Assembly (NCBI GenBank): GCA_965644315.1
Contig: CBFFRQ010000014.1
Location: 1-64,000, forward strand
Length of the DNA stretch: 64,000 nucleotides
Origin: Caecitellus pseudoparvulus
Taxonomy: Eukaryota; Protista; Bigyra: Bicosoecida
Direction of reading: 5' to 3'
Under the pieces are notes generated by a model. That model was given only the letters and a program-made list of their open reading frames with translations, did not search any database and had not been told where the DNA came from. This document shows, in pieces, positions 47,661-60,200 of the stretch. How positions within the stretch are numbered: position 1 is the stretch's first letter; each line of letters opens with the position of its first letter. The translations under genes and the position numbers were made by a program.

Positions 47661-48461
47661 ATGGCTGCAGCAACCGTGCTGAATGGCATGCTGGCAGCAC
47701 CCAGCCAAGATGCACTGAAGCAGTTTCTCAATGTTGTCTTTCGATCGCGCGATGCGGTGGACGAGGTGCGTGGGCGGCTGCTGCAGTGCACTTGGAGCAA
47801 CTTCCGCACTCCAGCCAAGCTTGTGCAGGTTGCGGTTGACGAGGTCAAGGCAACATTTTCACTGGAGGATGACGCTGCTGCAACAAGGGTGAGCCTTGCA
47901 ACACATGCTCGGCACGCGAACCACTGGCTACGCACGACACGGCATGGCGGCTGGCTCGGCCTGCACAGCTCGTTCAAGCCACGGCCGCACTGTTGAAGGG
48001 CATCGTCTTCCACTCAGCTGACTTGCACTCAGCAGAAGACATTGCGGGCATGGTGTCTGATAAAGTTGACACCCGCTTGCGGGGCTTGCTGGGCAAGGTG
48101 CGACCAGCTGCTGCTGGGGTCCATAGCCACTGCTCCTCGCTCACCAGAAACGCGGCGCCTCACGCAGATCATCTCCCAGCGCCTGGGCATCTGGCGAGCA
48201 GCGGCGGCATCCTCCTCCATCAGCCCGCCCAAGTTCGTCAGCGCTGATTGGCGTGTGGACATCAAGGCCTCTGCCGCCGATGTGCAGCGCACTGCGGAGC
48301 CCAGTGTGCTGCTGAACCTACAGGTGCAGCGCAACGCGAGCGAGGCAGGGCACATGCCCGGAGTGGACACCGTCACGGCAGAGCTGTCTGCCCCCGCCCT
48401 AGCGACCTTGCTGGAAGGCTTGCACAAGATCCGAGACCAGCTCAAGAGCGCCAGCCAGTGA
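47661..48461 (+). CDS. COMMD9: COMM domain-containing protein, COMMD9-like
   Basis: SISPPKFVSADWRVDIKASAADVQRTAEPSVLLNLQV...TVTAELS...LATLLEGLHKIRDQL. Three short introns (first 47766-47828). Confidence 0.85.
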
Positions 48462-48771
48462 CGCTGGCTCAGGTGCAGTTCAGGCGGGGAGCTGGTGATG
48501 CGTCGCAGCTGTGTCTTTTGCGTGCGAACTTGCTGCCTGCTTGGACCTGCTCACCACCCCACGCCAGCTCCTGCAATAGCTGCAGAGCGAGCTGGCCGTG
48601 CCGCCTGCATGACAGGCAGGCGCAGAGACCAAAACTCCTCGGCTTGCTGCACTGCGCAGCCCGCTGGCAGAGTTCCCTTACGATCTCGTTGTGGTGTTTG
48701 CACTGCGGAAGCTGCAGCTTGAATGCACTGCGCCAACCTCGGCGGCGTTTCACCTCCGTTTCACACACCGC

Positions 48772-49431
48772 ATGGCGAGCGCAGAGGCCACAGAGCCCAC
48801 CCCCTTGGAGAAGGCCAGAGCGCTGAAGGCAGAAGGAAACCAGCACTTCAAAGCACAAAAGTACTTCCAAGCCCTGCAATCCTACCAGCATGCGATCAAG
48901 CTTCTGGAGGGCCGGAGTGGCAGGCTGGTACTGTCAGGCTCCACTGACCTGCGCAAAACTGTCTACAGCAACGCTGCAACCGCTTGCATGAAGTTGCACG
49001 ACGCACAGGAGATTGACAGGAAAGGCTACGCTGCTTCTGCCCTGGACTACGCAGAGCAGGCGGTGCAAATCGACTTTGCCCACGCCAAAGCCCAGTACTC
49101 GCTTGCTCGAGCCCGACACGCTATGGGCTTGCGTGACATGGCAGTGTATGGGCTGATCGAGGCGGTGCAGGATCTCCCGCACGAGAATCTGGAGAGTGCG
49201 CACTCAATGCTCAAGCTGGCTTCGCAATTGGCGAAGAAGGAGTATACCGGCACGAAGCTGGAGGAGGTGCTGGCGGAGGTGGAAGCTGAACGAGCATTCG
49301 TTGCCGAACGACTGACGGAATCTGAGTCAGAGCCCGAGTCAGAGGCTGAGGCAGAGGCTGAGGCTGAGGCTGAGGCTCAAGCGGGGGATGAAGTAGAGGC
49401 AGAGGCAGAGGCAGAGGCTGGTGCAGGGTAG
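48772..49431 (+). CDS. TPR-domain protein (co-chaperone-type TPR) with acidic tail
   Basis: ARALKAEGNQHFKAQKYFQALQSYQHAI, VYSNAATACMKL, HAKAQYSLARARHAMG. Confidence 0.85.
   Translation: MASAEATEPTPLEKARALKAEGNQHFKAQKYFQALQSYQHAIKLLEGRSGRLVLSGSTDLRKTVYSNAATACMKLHDAQEIDRKGYAASALDYAEQAVQIDFAHAKAQYSLARARHAMGLRDMAVYGLIEAVQDLPHENLESAHSMLKLASQLAKKEYTGTKLEEVLAEVEAERAFVAERLTESESEPESEAEAEAEAEAEAQAGDEVEAEAEAEAGAG
49318..49420 (+). repeat. Coding hexanucleotide repeat (GAGGCW/GAGTCA) encoding (EA/ES)n
   Basis: gaggctgaggcagaggctgaggct... in the acidic tail of the TPR gene. Confidence 0.8.
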
Positions 49432-49837
49432 GTGCGCGGCAGCCTCTCAGTCGCCACAGGGTGGAGACCACTCCCCAGCCTAATGTCGCCGTCATCAGAT
49501 GGGGCTGTACTGCCCTTTCCGCAAAGGGCCGTCCTTGACGTCCGTGTGCTGTGGCGCAAAGTCGCACCAGAGCTGCGGAGAATGCGCTCCCAGGCCAGAC
49601 CTTCAGCAGCGCCTCACACTTGAGACTGGCATGGCAGCGGAGCAGCAAGCACACAACTGAAATGAACACCTCCTCCACACATCCCTGAAACGTTGGGGTA
49701 TGTTGTGTGTTTGGTGCAAGGCTGAGTCTCCCAGTGCCCGCGCCCGCGCGCTCAAGCTCCGAGCCTAGCAACCCCGTCCGCCCGCAGGAGACAAGGGGTG
49801 AGGTTAAACTCACACGCTGGAAGAAGAGAATCAAGTT

Positions 49838-52581
49838 ATGCAAGTGTCCAAGAGCGCTGCCATCCTCGGGGAAGATGCGGAGCGCCTGTCGGGGTGTCGC
49901 TTTGATGCGGAGGCTCACGAGCGGCTTGCGCTGAGTCTGGAAAACTTTGACCCAGACGCACAGGAGGAGCCGTTCCTGACCTCTCCCCGGAGCCTGGAAG
50001 CATGTCTCAGACAGGGCATAACCCCTCAAGACCTCGTCCGCAGGTGTGTTCGCCCCTGCTCTGGTGCTGGGCGGTCCGACCTGGAAGTTGGCGGGACGGT
50101 GTCAATTTCCGCACTGCACCCGGCGCAGCTCCAGACCGCCAGGCACCACCTGAAGACCCTTCCGCCCCCGCAGGCCCTTTGAGTACTATGTCCGGGGAAA
50201 TGAGCCACGTCTCAGGTCACAGCTGCGAGCAGAACGAGCTGAGCGCCGTCGGCAACGTGCGTGTGGCGGCGCTGTGCTGGTGTCGCGGCACAAGTTTCGG
50301 CACGTGCACAACCCATACGCACGCGTACCCTGCTGTACGAAACCCCACAGAGCGCATGTACAGCACAATGGACGAACGAGATGCCATCATTTCCGAGGCT
50401 AGCCCCCTGCTGGTGCTCATGGAGGAGCAGCAGCGCAATCGCCACGCACTCGGCAACGCAGCATCGCAGGCGGCAGCAGCAGTCAAGGCGCGCGAAGAGG
50501 CAGCCATGCAGAAAACGCTCGCCCGCCAAGCAGGCGAACTCCAAGCAGCCCTGACAACTGCCATGCTGCAGGAGGCGGCAACGGCCCGTGCGGCCGAGGT
50601 GGAGGCCAAGGCGGAAGCTGCGCGGCAAGCAGACGCGAAACGCCGCCGGCAGGCCGCAAACGCGTCTGCCGCGCACAAACGCGCGATGGAAAGCAAACGA
50701 GCTGCCGCACAGGCAGCCGCCGAGCGGCGTGCTGCCGAGGAACAGGCTCTCTTGCAGCGAAAGCTTCAGCGGCAGGCAGAGGAGGAGGAGGCTGCCGCCG
50801 CCGCCGCGCGCAAAGCGGCCGCTGCAAGGGAACGCGAGTTACAAGCGAAACGCAAGGCAGCAGAAGACGCCGCTGCAGAGCGCCATGCAGCACTCGCAGC
50901 GGCTGCAGAGGCGAAAGAGCGCGAAATCGCGGAACGCGAAGCGGCCAGGCAGGCTGCGAAACGCAGGGAGGCTGCAGCTGCAAAAGCCGCACGAAATGCT
51001 GAGCGCCGGGCAGCCGAGAAGCGCATTCGGGCTGTTCGCCAGGCGGCTGCCGAAGCCGAAACACAGCGACGGCGTGGCATTGAACGGCGGAGTCAGCAGG
51101 CTGAGGAGCGCTTGGGTGCGTGGAAGACTGAGCGGCAGCGAGCCTTGCGCCGGCGTGCTCGGCAGGCAGCAGAGGCAGAGGCGAAACGCAAGGCAGCCCT
51201 TGCAGCTACAGAGCAGCGAGCGGCCGAGTGGCGACGCAGCGTCGCAGAAGCAACACAGGAAAAGCTGCAGCGGGCTGCTGCCTTCCAGGAGGCTGCTCGG
51301 GAAGCGGCGGCGAAACGTGCTGCGCACAGTCACAAAGACGCACACGTGGCCGCCGTCCGCGCCAGCCACGAGCGTGCCCAGGCTGAGCGCAGGCGGGCCC
51401 TCGTGGAAACCATTGCTGCCAAGGAAGAGCGAGTGGAGGCTGCCCGTGCAGCTGCAGAGCGTGATGCGGCAGAGCGCAGGCAGCTGGCGGCATTGCGGGA
51501 GGAAGAGGCCGCTGCTGCGCTGCTACGCAAGCGGCGCCAAGACGCCTACAAGCGCTTGAAAACTGCGGTGCACCTGGAAAAAGTGGAGCACCGAGCAGAA
51601 GAGCGTCGTATCGCCAAACGGGCAGCATCAGCTGCGCGCGCCAAGGCGGCCGAAGCCATGGAGCGCAAGAAAAACGCCCTGCTGCAGCAACTGACGAGTC
51701 TCAAGGGGGACATACCGGCCATGCAACAGTTCCTGGCAGAGCAGGGTGTCCCGATTTCTCCGACTGCCACGGCTCCCCTTTCTTCGCCTGCACGCCGTGA
51801 ACGTGGCTCGTCAGCCGTTCGACCAGGCTCAGCCAGCCGAGTCAGTCCGAGCAGTGCGCGCACGAAGCAGCGCCCCCACAGCGCAGCCCCCCTCGGAACA
51901 CGCAAGCGAACGCCGACGCCCACATCTGCCGTGAAGTTCCCCCCCCGTGCTGGCACCTGGCGCGTGGGAGGCGGCAAGGTGCACTACAGAACGTACGATG
52001 GCATGACGCAGCCCACGCTGGGCTGGGGCGACGGCTTGCGAGGCGGCCCCCGCAACCGCCACACTGGCACCGGCGCACACTCCTCCCCAGGCCTGCCTGC
52101 ACCCGGGCGCCGCCCCACATCAGCTGGTCCACAGCAGGCATCCCTGCAACCCCCCTCTCTCTCCCTCCCGTGGCTTCAGCGACCCCGTAGCGGAAACGCA
52201 GTTGGCACAGGTTCGCATCGCCGATCAGCAAGGCAGCACCGCAGCGCTGGGTACCTGGCGCACAGAGCAGGTGCCTCAGCGGCAGAAGCCAACCTTCTGG
52301 ACATGGGGCCTGCGCCAGCTGAAGGGGGGGCGGTGTCCACCCGCTGGGCCCCGTATGAGACTGACGTCAGCGCCAAGCAGTACCCTCTCGACACTGCCCA
52401 GCTGGCAGACCCCACCACCCGCATCTCAGCGAAGGCTCAGCACCTAGCACGGCAGCGGCCCACTTCAGGGCCCACAATCACACAGGCCCATGCCTTGGCT
52501 GCTCTGAAGTCTGCCGAGGCAGGGCAGGGGGCTGCCGGGTCAGAACAGCAAGCTGCGGTGGAGTCAGCTGCCAGCCGGTGA
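49838..52581 (+). CDS. CCDC177/CCDC185-like coiled-coil protein
   Basis: N-terminal SLENFD...LTSPRSLEACLRQGITPQDL motif. Introns 50044-50173 and 50257-50350 give VRRPFEYY...ERRRQQRMYSTMDERDAII, followed by a long E/R/A/K coiled coil. Confidence 0.75.
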
Positions 52582-52807
52582 CTCAGGTGCGGCTGCGATT
52601 GAGGTGACAAGACAGTGGGTGTCTGCAGGTCACGTTTTATTGAGGCGATGGAAGCCGCAGGCACGCACGTTGGGGGTATGCGTGGAGCGTGCTCGCCTCA
52701 GAGCAACAGCAAACAAGCAGAAGAGAGCCAGTCAAAACAGAAACAACCTGGGCAAGGGGGGAAAGCTTCGCAGTGGTTTTTCCTAGCGTGCACCAGGTAG
52801 CATTTGC

Positions 52808-54163
52808 ATGGCAGCAATCAGTCACGCGCCCCGCTTGGGGCCTGCCGAGCTTCGCTCTGAAGAAGAAGCTGATGATGTGGAGCTCCTGGAGGCGGCGAGG
52901 GAACCGATTTCCGCATCGCAACCTTCGCCTCCATGGTACACCCGCCTGCTGGGCTTAGGACTCATTGCTGCCTCTGCTGTTGTCTTCTCCATCATGAGTC
53001 TCCTTGTGAACATCGCTGCTCACTCCTTCCCAACCTTCCAGGCAAGTTGCTTGGTTGTCTCCAGTCTGCGCTGGTCCTCACACTTCCGTCTGCCGCTACT
53101 TTCCCGCGAGCCACAGATCACCCTGGTGCGCTTCGGGGTTCAAACAGCTATCAGTGGGGTGTTTGCGCTGCGCGCTCTGGGCTGGAACCTGTCCTCTTGG
53201 GTTCCACGCCACCAGCGCATTTTCATGGCCAGTCGTGCCGGCTTCGGCACGTTCGCGGTGCGTTGGAGCCCGCCCCGCAACGCCCCCCCCCCACACTCCC
53301 AACCCCCCTCCTCGCCATGACCGCAGATGGTGTGTGCATTCTGGGCTTTGACGCACCTGCCGCTGTCTGAGGCCACAGTCATCGTTTTCACCTCCTCCGT
53401 GTGGACAGCCGCCGCGGCCGGCCTGCTGTTGAAGGAGCCCTTTGGACCCCCCCAAGTGGCCGCTGCAGCCATTAGCCTGGGGGGCGTGATCATGGTGGCG
53501 CGCCCTGCCTTTCTCTTTGGCAGTGCAGCCGGTGAAGATGGAGCCAACCCCGCTGCTGCCGCTGGGGCAGGGGCGTCGCTGGGGGGTGCTTCCTTCACCG
53601 CGAGCCGCCCCTTCGCGCTGGTCACGGGCTGCCTGTCTGCACTGACAGCTGCAGGGGCGTACCTTTCCATCCGGAAACTAGGGGGCGTGAACACCATGGC
53701 CGTCGTTTTCTTTTACGGCATTGTGGGGGTCCTTGCCTCCGTCGTCATGCTGTTCTCGCTGCAGGCATGGGCGCCCTTGGGGAGTGTCGCGGACGGCGCA
53801 CTGCTGCTGGGCATCGGAGTGCTAGGGGCGCTGGGGCAGTGGCTCATGAACGCAGGGTTTCAGCGGGAAAATGCGGGCATTGGTTCGCTCATGCGCAACG
53901 TGGACATCGTGTGCGCTTTCGTGTGGCAAGTGACCATTCTGCAGGAACCCGTGTCGGCTTGGTCTCTCGGCGGCGCAGCGGCGGTGCTGGTTGGGACTGC
54001 CACAATTGCTGTGCTCAAGGCTCGAGCCAAGCCAGATGAAGCGCGAAGCTCACTGCCGCCCAGTACTCCTGCTTGTGAACACGAACGACAAGGAGACATT
54101 GAGATGGCACGGCTTGTGGCACCGTCGCCGGATCATGCGACCCCACCTGCATCACGCAAATGA
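52808..54163 (+). CDS. EamA/DMT-superfamily transporter (SLC35G-like)
   Basis: About 10 TM segments; LPLSEATVIVFTSSVWT...LLKEP and GQWLMNAGFQRENAG. Introns 53042-53116 (GC-AG) and 53258-53326. Confidence 0.9.
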
Positions 54164-54219
54164 CTTACGCAAGCACGGCCTCAATGCGCAATGTACATGT
54201 ATTGATAAATTCACTTTGG

Positions 54220-57200
54220 TCATACTGTGGTGGACTGTTTAGGGCCTTTCTCTTGCCTTGCGATGTGGGCAGGCCTTAGCGCCGAGCGGTTGCCCGACCC
54301 CACCTGGCGAACTGCAAACACACTTGGCCCGCTCTGCCCTACGCGCGTCATAGGCTGTTCTGCCTCTGCAAAGTCCTGCACGGACTTTGATGGTGCCGAT
54401 GCAGTCAACAGCCGCACCTTTGACATCCCCTTGCGCAGGCTACTCAAGTGTGCCTTGACTGTCGCGGATGACAGCAGCGAATGCGCCACCAAGCCTGCTG
54501 CTACTACGATAAAGACCACATTCATGAGGATGACTGACCAGGTCGCCACAGCGTGCATGGCCGCTGAAGTGCCCTGGTCCAGCAGGCTTACTCCCGCGGC
54601 CAGGGTGGAGATGGTCACCAGCAGACTGGCAGTTTCGGAGTGATTCACCAGCGCGAGGCGGTACGGGCTCAAGCTTGCGTGCGCTGCAAGGGCTCCGACC
54701 ATGAGAAGAATGCCAAAGTGCGCCTGGGCGCCAATGCCTGCAGGTGCGAGCAGCACTGAAATGCACGCCAGGGCAACCTTCCGGCCTTGCACTGCCGCTT
54801 CCCAGAAGTACCGACCTGGGGCGTACGCGGCATAGAGAAATCCGTACACCTGCCGTGTCGCAGGGGTCTCCAACGTGGCCCTGTGGACCCAGAGCAAAGT
54901 CAATGATGCTGCCGTGATGCCGCAGCCGTACACGACGAAAGCAGGGAGTCCGACCCCATACATCCACGCCTGGTGTTGGGGGTCATCGCAGGATATCTGC
55001 ACATCCCCCACTAGGAAGGCTCGCCCTCCAATCATTCTGCACGTGAACAAGCTCAGGGCCGATCGAGTCAGCCCCAAGTGCAGCACAAAGCACATGACGA
55101 GGAACGACACCACCATGCCTTGCTCGGGGGGCGTGCGGGCTTGTGCCCTGATGCTCGCAGCTGGTCCCCGCAACGCTCGCTGCACACTGGAGGCTCGACT
55201 TCGAGCTCGCATGGGATTCGACACACGCGTCTCACGAACTGGCTGGGGTGCACTCTGACGTGCGCCTTGAGGCCCCACTGTGCTGGCTGTCGCTGCGGCA
55301 TGGGCGTCCTCTGCGGGGGGAGCTTCCCCATTCCTGCGACAAAGTGTGCAGCTCAAAGCCCTGGAGCCGTCAGTCTGCCAGATCAAGGGCACGAGGAATC
55401 GCCAGACGATCAAAATGCCCAGCCCCAGTGCAGCAGGCAAGAGAAGCGTGAGGATTTGTGTGCCCCGAAAGGCGCTTGTGGAGTCCAGCCCCAAGCAGTC
55501 CACGCTGATGAGTGCGTCGCCTACACTGCTGGCAGCGTCAAACACGCTGAACATGCCGCGAAGCTCAGACGGCCAAGCCAACGGAAAGGCAGCAGCGATG
55601 CCCACCTGCTGCAGGTGTGTGAGTAGTACCTTGTTCAGAGCCACATGTGCTTTGGTGGGCGCTCCCCCAGACGCAAGAGCGCTTCGAGTCAGCGCGGCGA
55701 CCAACACTCCAGCCACAGCGACGCCGCCCACAACGCCAAGCCAGTTCAACCATGTCGGGGCACAGCGGATGCATGGCTGGCTGCCGTCACCCTGCCCAGT
55801 GTAACCTTCGGCACAGGCTGCACATAGCGGGCCCGTGCGACTGGCTTCGCAGGAAAATTGCTTTTGGCTGGAAAACACCTTCGAACTGTTCCCAGCTGCC
55901 GTTGTGTTCAGGACCGCAGCACCTAAGCCAGGCAGCGCTTGGAATGCCGAGGATGTGTAGTGCCTTGACGGCACTTGAACAGGGCTCTGCGACTCTCCCG
56001 GGCATACTTCCTCTGAAATACAAGCCTCGAAGCTGACATCTGGCTCCCTCCATGGAATTCTGAACCAGCCAGGCGCAGCGAGCACACGCTCCCATTCAGC
56101 TCCATTGCACACAGCGCCTTGTGGACATGGTCTGCAGGTGACTTGCGGCCAGCGCCCTTCGCCCAGCTCGTGTGTCGCGAGGTACTCTGCAGCGGCACAA
56201 GCAGGAAGCAGCGGCCCAACCTCAGTGCTGCGAGGTCCTCGAAGCACTCGCCCTGCAGACTCACCCAGCACTCCAGCCGCAACTGCAACCCAAAACGGCT
56301 GTGCAGGTGCATCTGCAATGCGCACTGAGAAGTCCAGCATGCTGGGCTGCTCTGTCAAACCCCGGCATAGCCTTGGAGTGTCCACATTGCGCAGGATGTC
56401 CCCTGCCACGCCACCAGCCAGGGAAACAAGGCGGGTGGAAGCATTGACACGCGAAATGAGCCCACCAGGAAGAATCACTCCGAAGGAGACATGCCAAGCG
56501 CCCACAGGGGACAGCAGCGTGGCGGCATCATCGGTCCAGTTGAATGCCACGCGTGCCGCGCCAGCCTCGTCCCTGTACGGGCACACAGCCGTCGGGGCTG
56601 AAACCGGCGCCCTGGGTGCCAAGGTGTACGAGAATGAACGCGGGAGCACAGCTGTGTGGCCACCCGTCAAAGAAATGGAGATATCGAGGCTGAAGACATC
56701 AGCAAGTTCGTCAGACGCTGGCTCTGGCACACGCAGGGTGACAATGCTGTCACTGCCTCGTGTGAACGTTGCGACTTGCCGAGCGCCGATCCGAACAGCT
56801 GCAATGTCCGTTTGTGCCAGGCCGAACCCCGAGCCCGTCACTGTGAGCGTGTCATTGACAGCTGCACTCGAAGAGGAGAGCTCGGAGATCTGCGGTGGCC
56901 CCATGATGCGCAACGTACCGAGGGAAGACTTAGCCGTCAAGTTCTGCGCGGTTTGGATCGTGATGGTCGTGTCAGCCATTCGCCCCGATGCGAGTGGCGC
57001 CAGAGCAGCCGTGTGGAACCCAAGGCACTCCAAACTGCGAATGGAAGTGAACACCAGCTCCCCACCTGCCTGGGCACAGGATATGCCAGGTGCACTGCCA
57101 AACAGCAGGCGAACACGGCTCCTTGGCCCGTCATCCAAGGCAAGGCCAGTGACTGAAACATTCCTGGTCTGCTGGCTGCCTTGAGGCGCAGGTTGCACCA

Positions 57201-60200
57201 GCCCGCCCAGTACAGTCAGCACTTCAGGCCGTGTGAACTGCAAGGCGTCTTGCAGGATGGTGGAATGACCAGAAACGAGCGTGATGTTGATACTTGCTGT
57301 CTGTGCACTGTCTGGTGGACGAGGCACGGTCACTGACACACTGGTCGAGGTGCAGCTGCGCACTGCAGCTGGTTGTGAGCCGACCCGAACAACTTTCACA
57401 TCACTGGAAGAGTTGCGGCAGAAACCAATGCCAAGAACCTCTACAACCTGTCCACCAGCCGCAGATACGAGCGGGGGGACCACTGCAGACACCTGTGGCA
57501 GGCTCAGGACCTGCACACCCACGCCTGGAGCAAAACTGGCCTGGGCGCCACGAACACGAACGGACGAGGCTGCTCCAGAAACCACAGTCGCAGTATCCAC
57601 CCAGCAGCTCAAGCAAGTGGCGTTCGACTGGGCCTGGAAAACACATGGGGACCCGGCGATCTGGATGGCGACGTCAGCTGCCGTCAGCGCCCGCCCAGGG
57701 GGAGACCAGCGTGTGCCATCCGTGCAAAGCTGCATGGTGGCATTCCCCCCAGGATGATTAGCCTTCCAGGGAAGGAGTGTTTTTGGCCAAATAGAGTGGA
57801 CTGATGGAGCGGCATACTGAAAGCTCCCCTGCAGGAAATGCCCGCCTGCGAGGAAGACTCGAACGGGCTCAGCGTTACCTGCTCCTGCAGGTGCCATGCA
57901 GCTGACTTCGCTGCTGTCCACCCAGAACACACTGTGGCAAGCTCCCCAGTCACTCACTTCTACATGCAACACATCCGATGCCACTGCTCCGATGCCAATG
58001 CCACGAACTGTGATGGCCTGTTCATGCTCTGTGCTGCCTGGACCGCTCGAAATGATTCGCAAGGGAGTCATATCAGGCGGGGGCACGATCTTGAGCGCAT
58101 CTAGCTGTGTGAATGCCTCGCCAAATGCAGTGACAGCGATTGGGGGCGCTGAAGTATTCAGCCCCGCGACAGGCAAGCCGACACATGTCAAGCTCCACAC
58201 ATGCGGCGTTGGCCGGCCCCACACGAGTCCTGGACAGAGCTGCCCCGCGATGAAGAGGCTTGTCACAGCAATCGCGTTGTGGCCCAAGTACCGCCCTTGC
58301 AGTGTCACATTCACGGTGTTGTCGCTGCTTGCATGTCCGACCTGGACAGCTGGTGGCGAAGCTTGCAGGAACAGTGGGGCACCGATTTCAATGCCGACGT
58401 CTTGGGCAGCTTCCTGTCCGCCCACCGTGACCCGCACTGCCGCTTGAAATGGCAGTCCTGCGGCCCAACCCTCACTGCCCTGCAGTGCAGGGCGCGAGGG
58501 AAGGCGGCAAAAGGCCTCACCGTCGCTGAAGGAGAAGTCACCTGCTGAGATGAGCGGGCACTCGATGCCGCCCACAAACACAGCTGCTTGGCTAACATCC
58601 ACCCCAAAGTTCCTCCCAATCAGCCGCAGTGCTTGTCCGCCTGCGGGATCCGCAACGAGCGCAGATATCGGGTTGTCGCGCGAATCTACGACGACTGTAT
58701 CGAGGCGCGGAGGAGCGTACGAGATTAGTCGCCCCCGGCGCACAACAGGAACAAAGGCTTCGGGGCCTGAAAGAATCGTCATGCTCAAGTTCGCACCCAC
58801 TCCAGTGCCCACAGTGCACTCAAGCTGGTCCCATTCAGGCACCTCCACTTGGCTGCAGGGCACGGAGCCGTTCCCAATGAACAACTGCGGCACGCCCCAC
58901 ATCGCCACCCAGTGCAGCTGCCCCCGAAAGCGGATGCGTGCTCCCAAACCTGGCACGACAATGTGTTCTCCCCATAAACCCGTGGACACATCGGACACCT
59001 CATCAATACTTGCGGTTGGCATACGCTGCCACCACACAGGCAGGCTGGGGTCATACGAACAAACACTATTCGTTCCCCACTTCACGAGCACTTGGCCAGG
59101 GCAGGAATCAGCACGATTCAAAGGACCGCTGCCCATGCTGGTTAGGTCCTTCAGAAGGTGCACTCTGCTTGTGGCAAGGGCTGGGACAGCCCGCAGGTGG
59201 GGCGAGAAGCGCGCGTCAATGTCAGCAGGAAGCGATACCAGGGACGGGTGGACGAAGCGAGAGTCCACAATTCTAAGTCTGTGCCGGTCCCAGCTAATGG
59301 AAAGGTCAGGAGAAATGTCTAGCAGGCTGATCGCTGCGGGTTGCTGGTATGTGCGCAGGCCACTCGCACTGCCCCAGCACGCGACACGGCCATCCGTTCG
59401 CTGCGCGCAGGAGAACCCCAATCCTGCAGCCACAGCTGCAATACTCGTCCCAATAGGCAGGGACTTTTCTGCGTTCAGGTCGCCAGCAAGCTCCCCGAAC
59501 TGAGAGAGTTGCCCGCCGAACCCAAGCTGATTCGAGGTGTTGTCGCCCCAACACAGCATGCTCCCATCCGCCCGGGCAACGCAGGTCGTTGTATCACTCA
59601 CATCAACGTGCACCACTTGCCCAACATCAACAGTGTAGCTGCTTGGGTCTAGGAAGGGTGTGCTTGGTGAACCTCTGTCCGCGCACCCACCGCAGCCGAG
59701 GTACCCTCGAGAGAGTGGATCCCTGCCCCAGCACACCAAGGTGCCATTCAGCCGAATGGCACAAGTGTGGTCGCTTCCAGCCGCCACATGCGCAACACCA
59801 CCCACATTTACTGCGAGGGATGGCGTTATTTCGCCAGGGGCATCTCCGATGGCACCTCCGCTCTGCGCCAAGCCCAGTCGCCCGTCGCCCGCCGTGCCCC
59901 AGCATACAACAGAAGTATCCCGCCTGATGGCACACACGTGGGACGCACCAGAACTCACCATGGACACTGGGCCCAGGTTTGGCACGCTCAGACCGGGGTG
60001 CAGTGGGGTGTAGCTCCCGCCCACGAAGCCGAGTGTTCCGTAGCCCAGCTGGCCGGACAGGCCGAAGCCCCAGCACACCACACTTCCAGCGGCATCACCG
60101 CGTACTGCACATGTTGAAAGCAGCCCAGCAGAGACGGACACAATGCCGCTTCCAATTGGCATGAGCAGCTCAGTGGAGAGCACGGTCTCGCGACTGTCTC

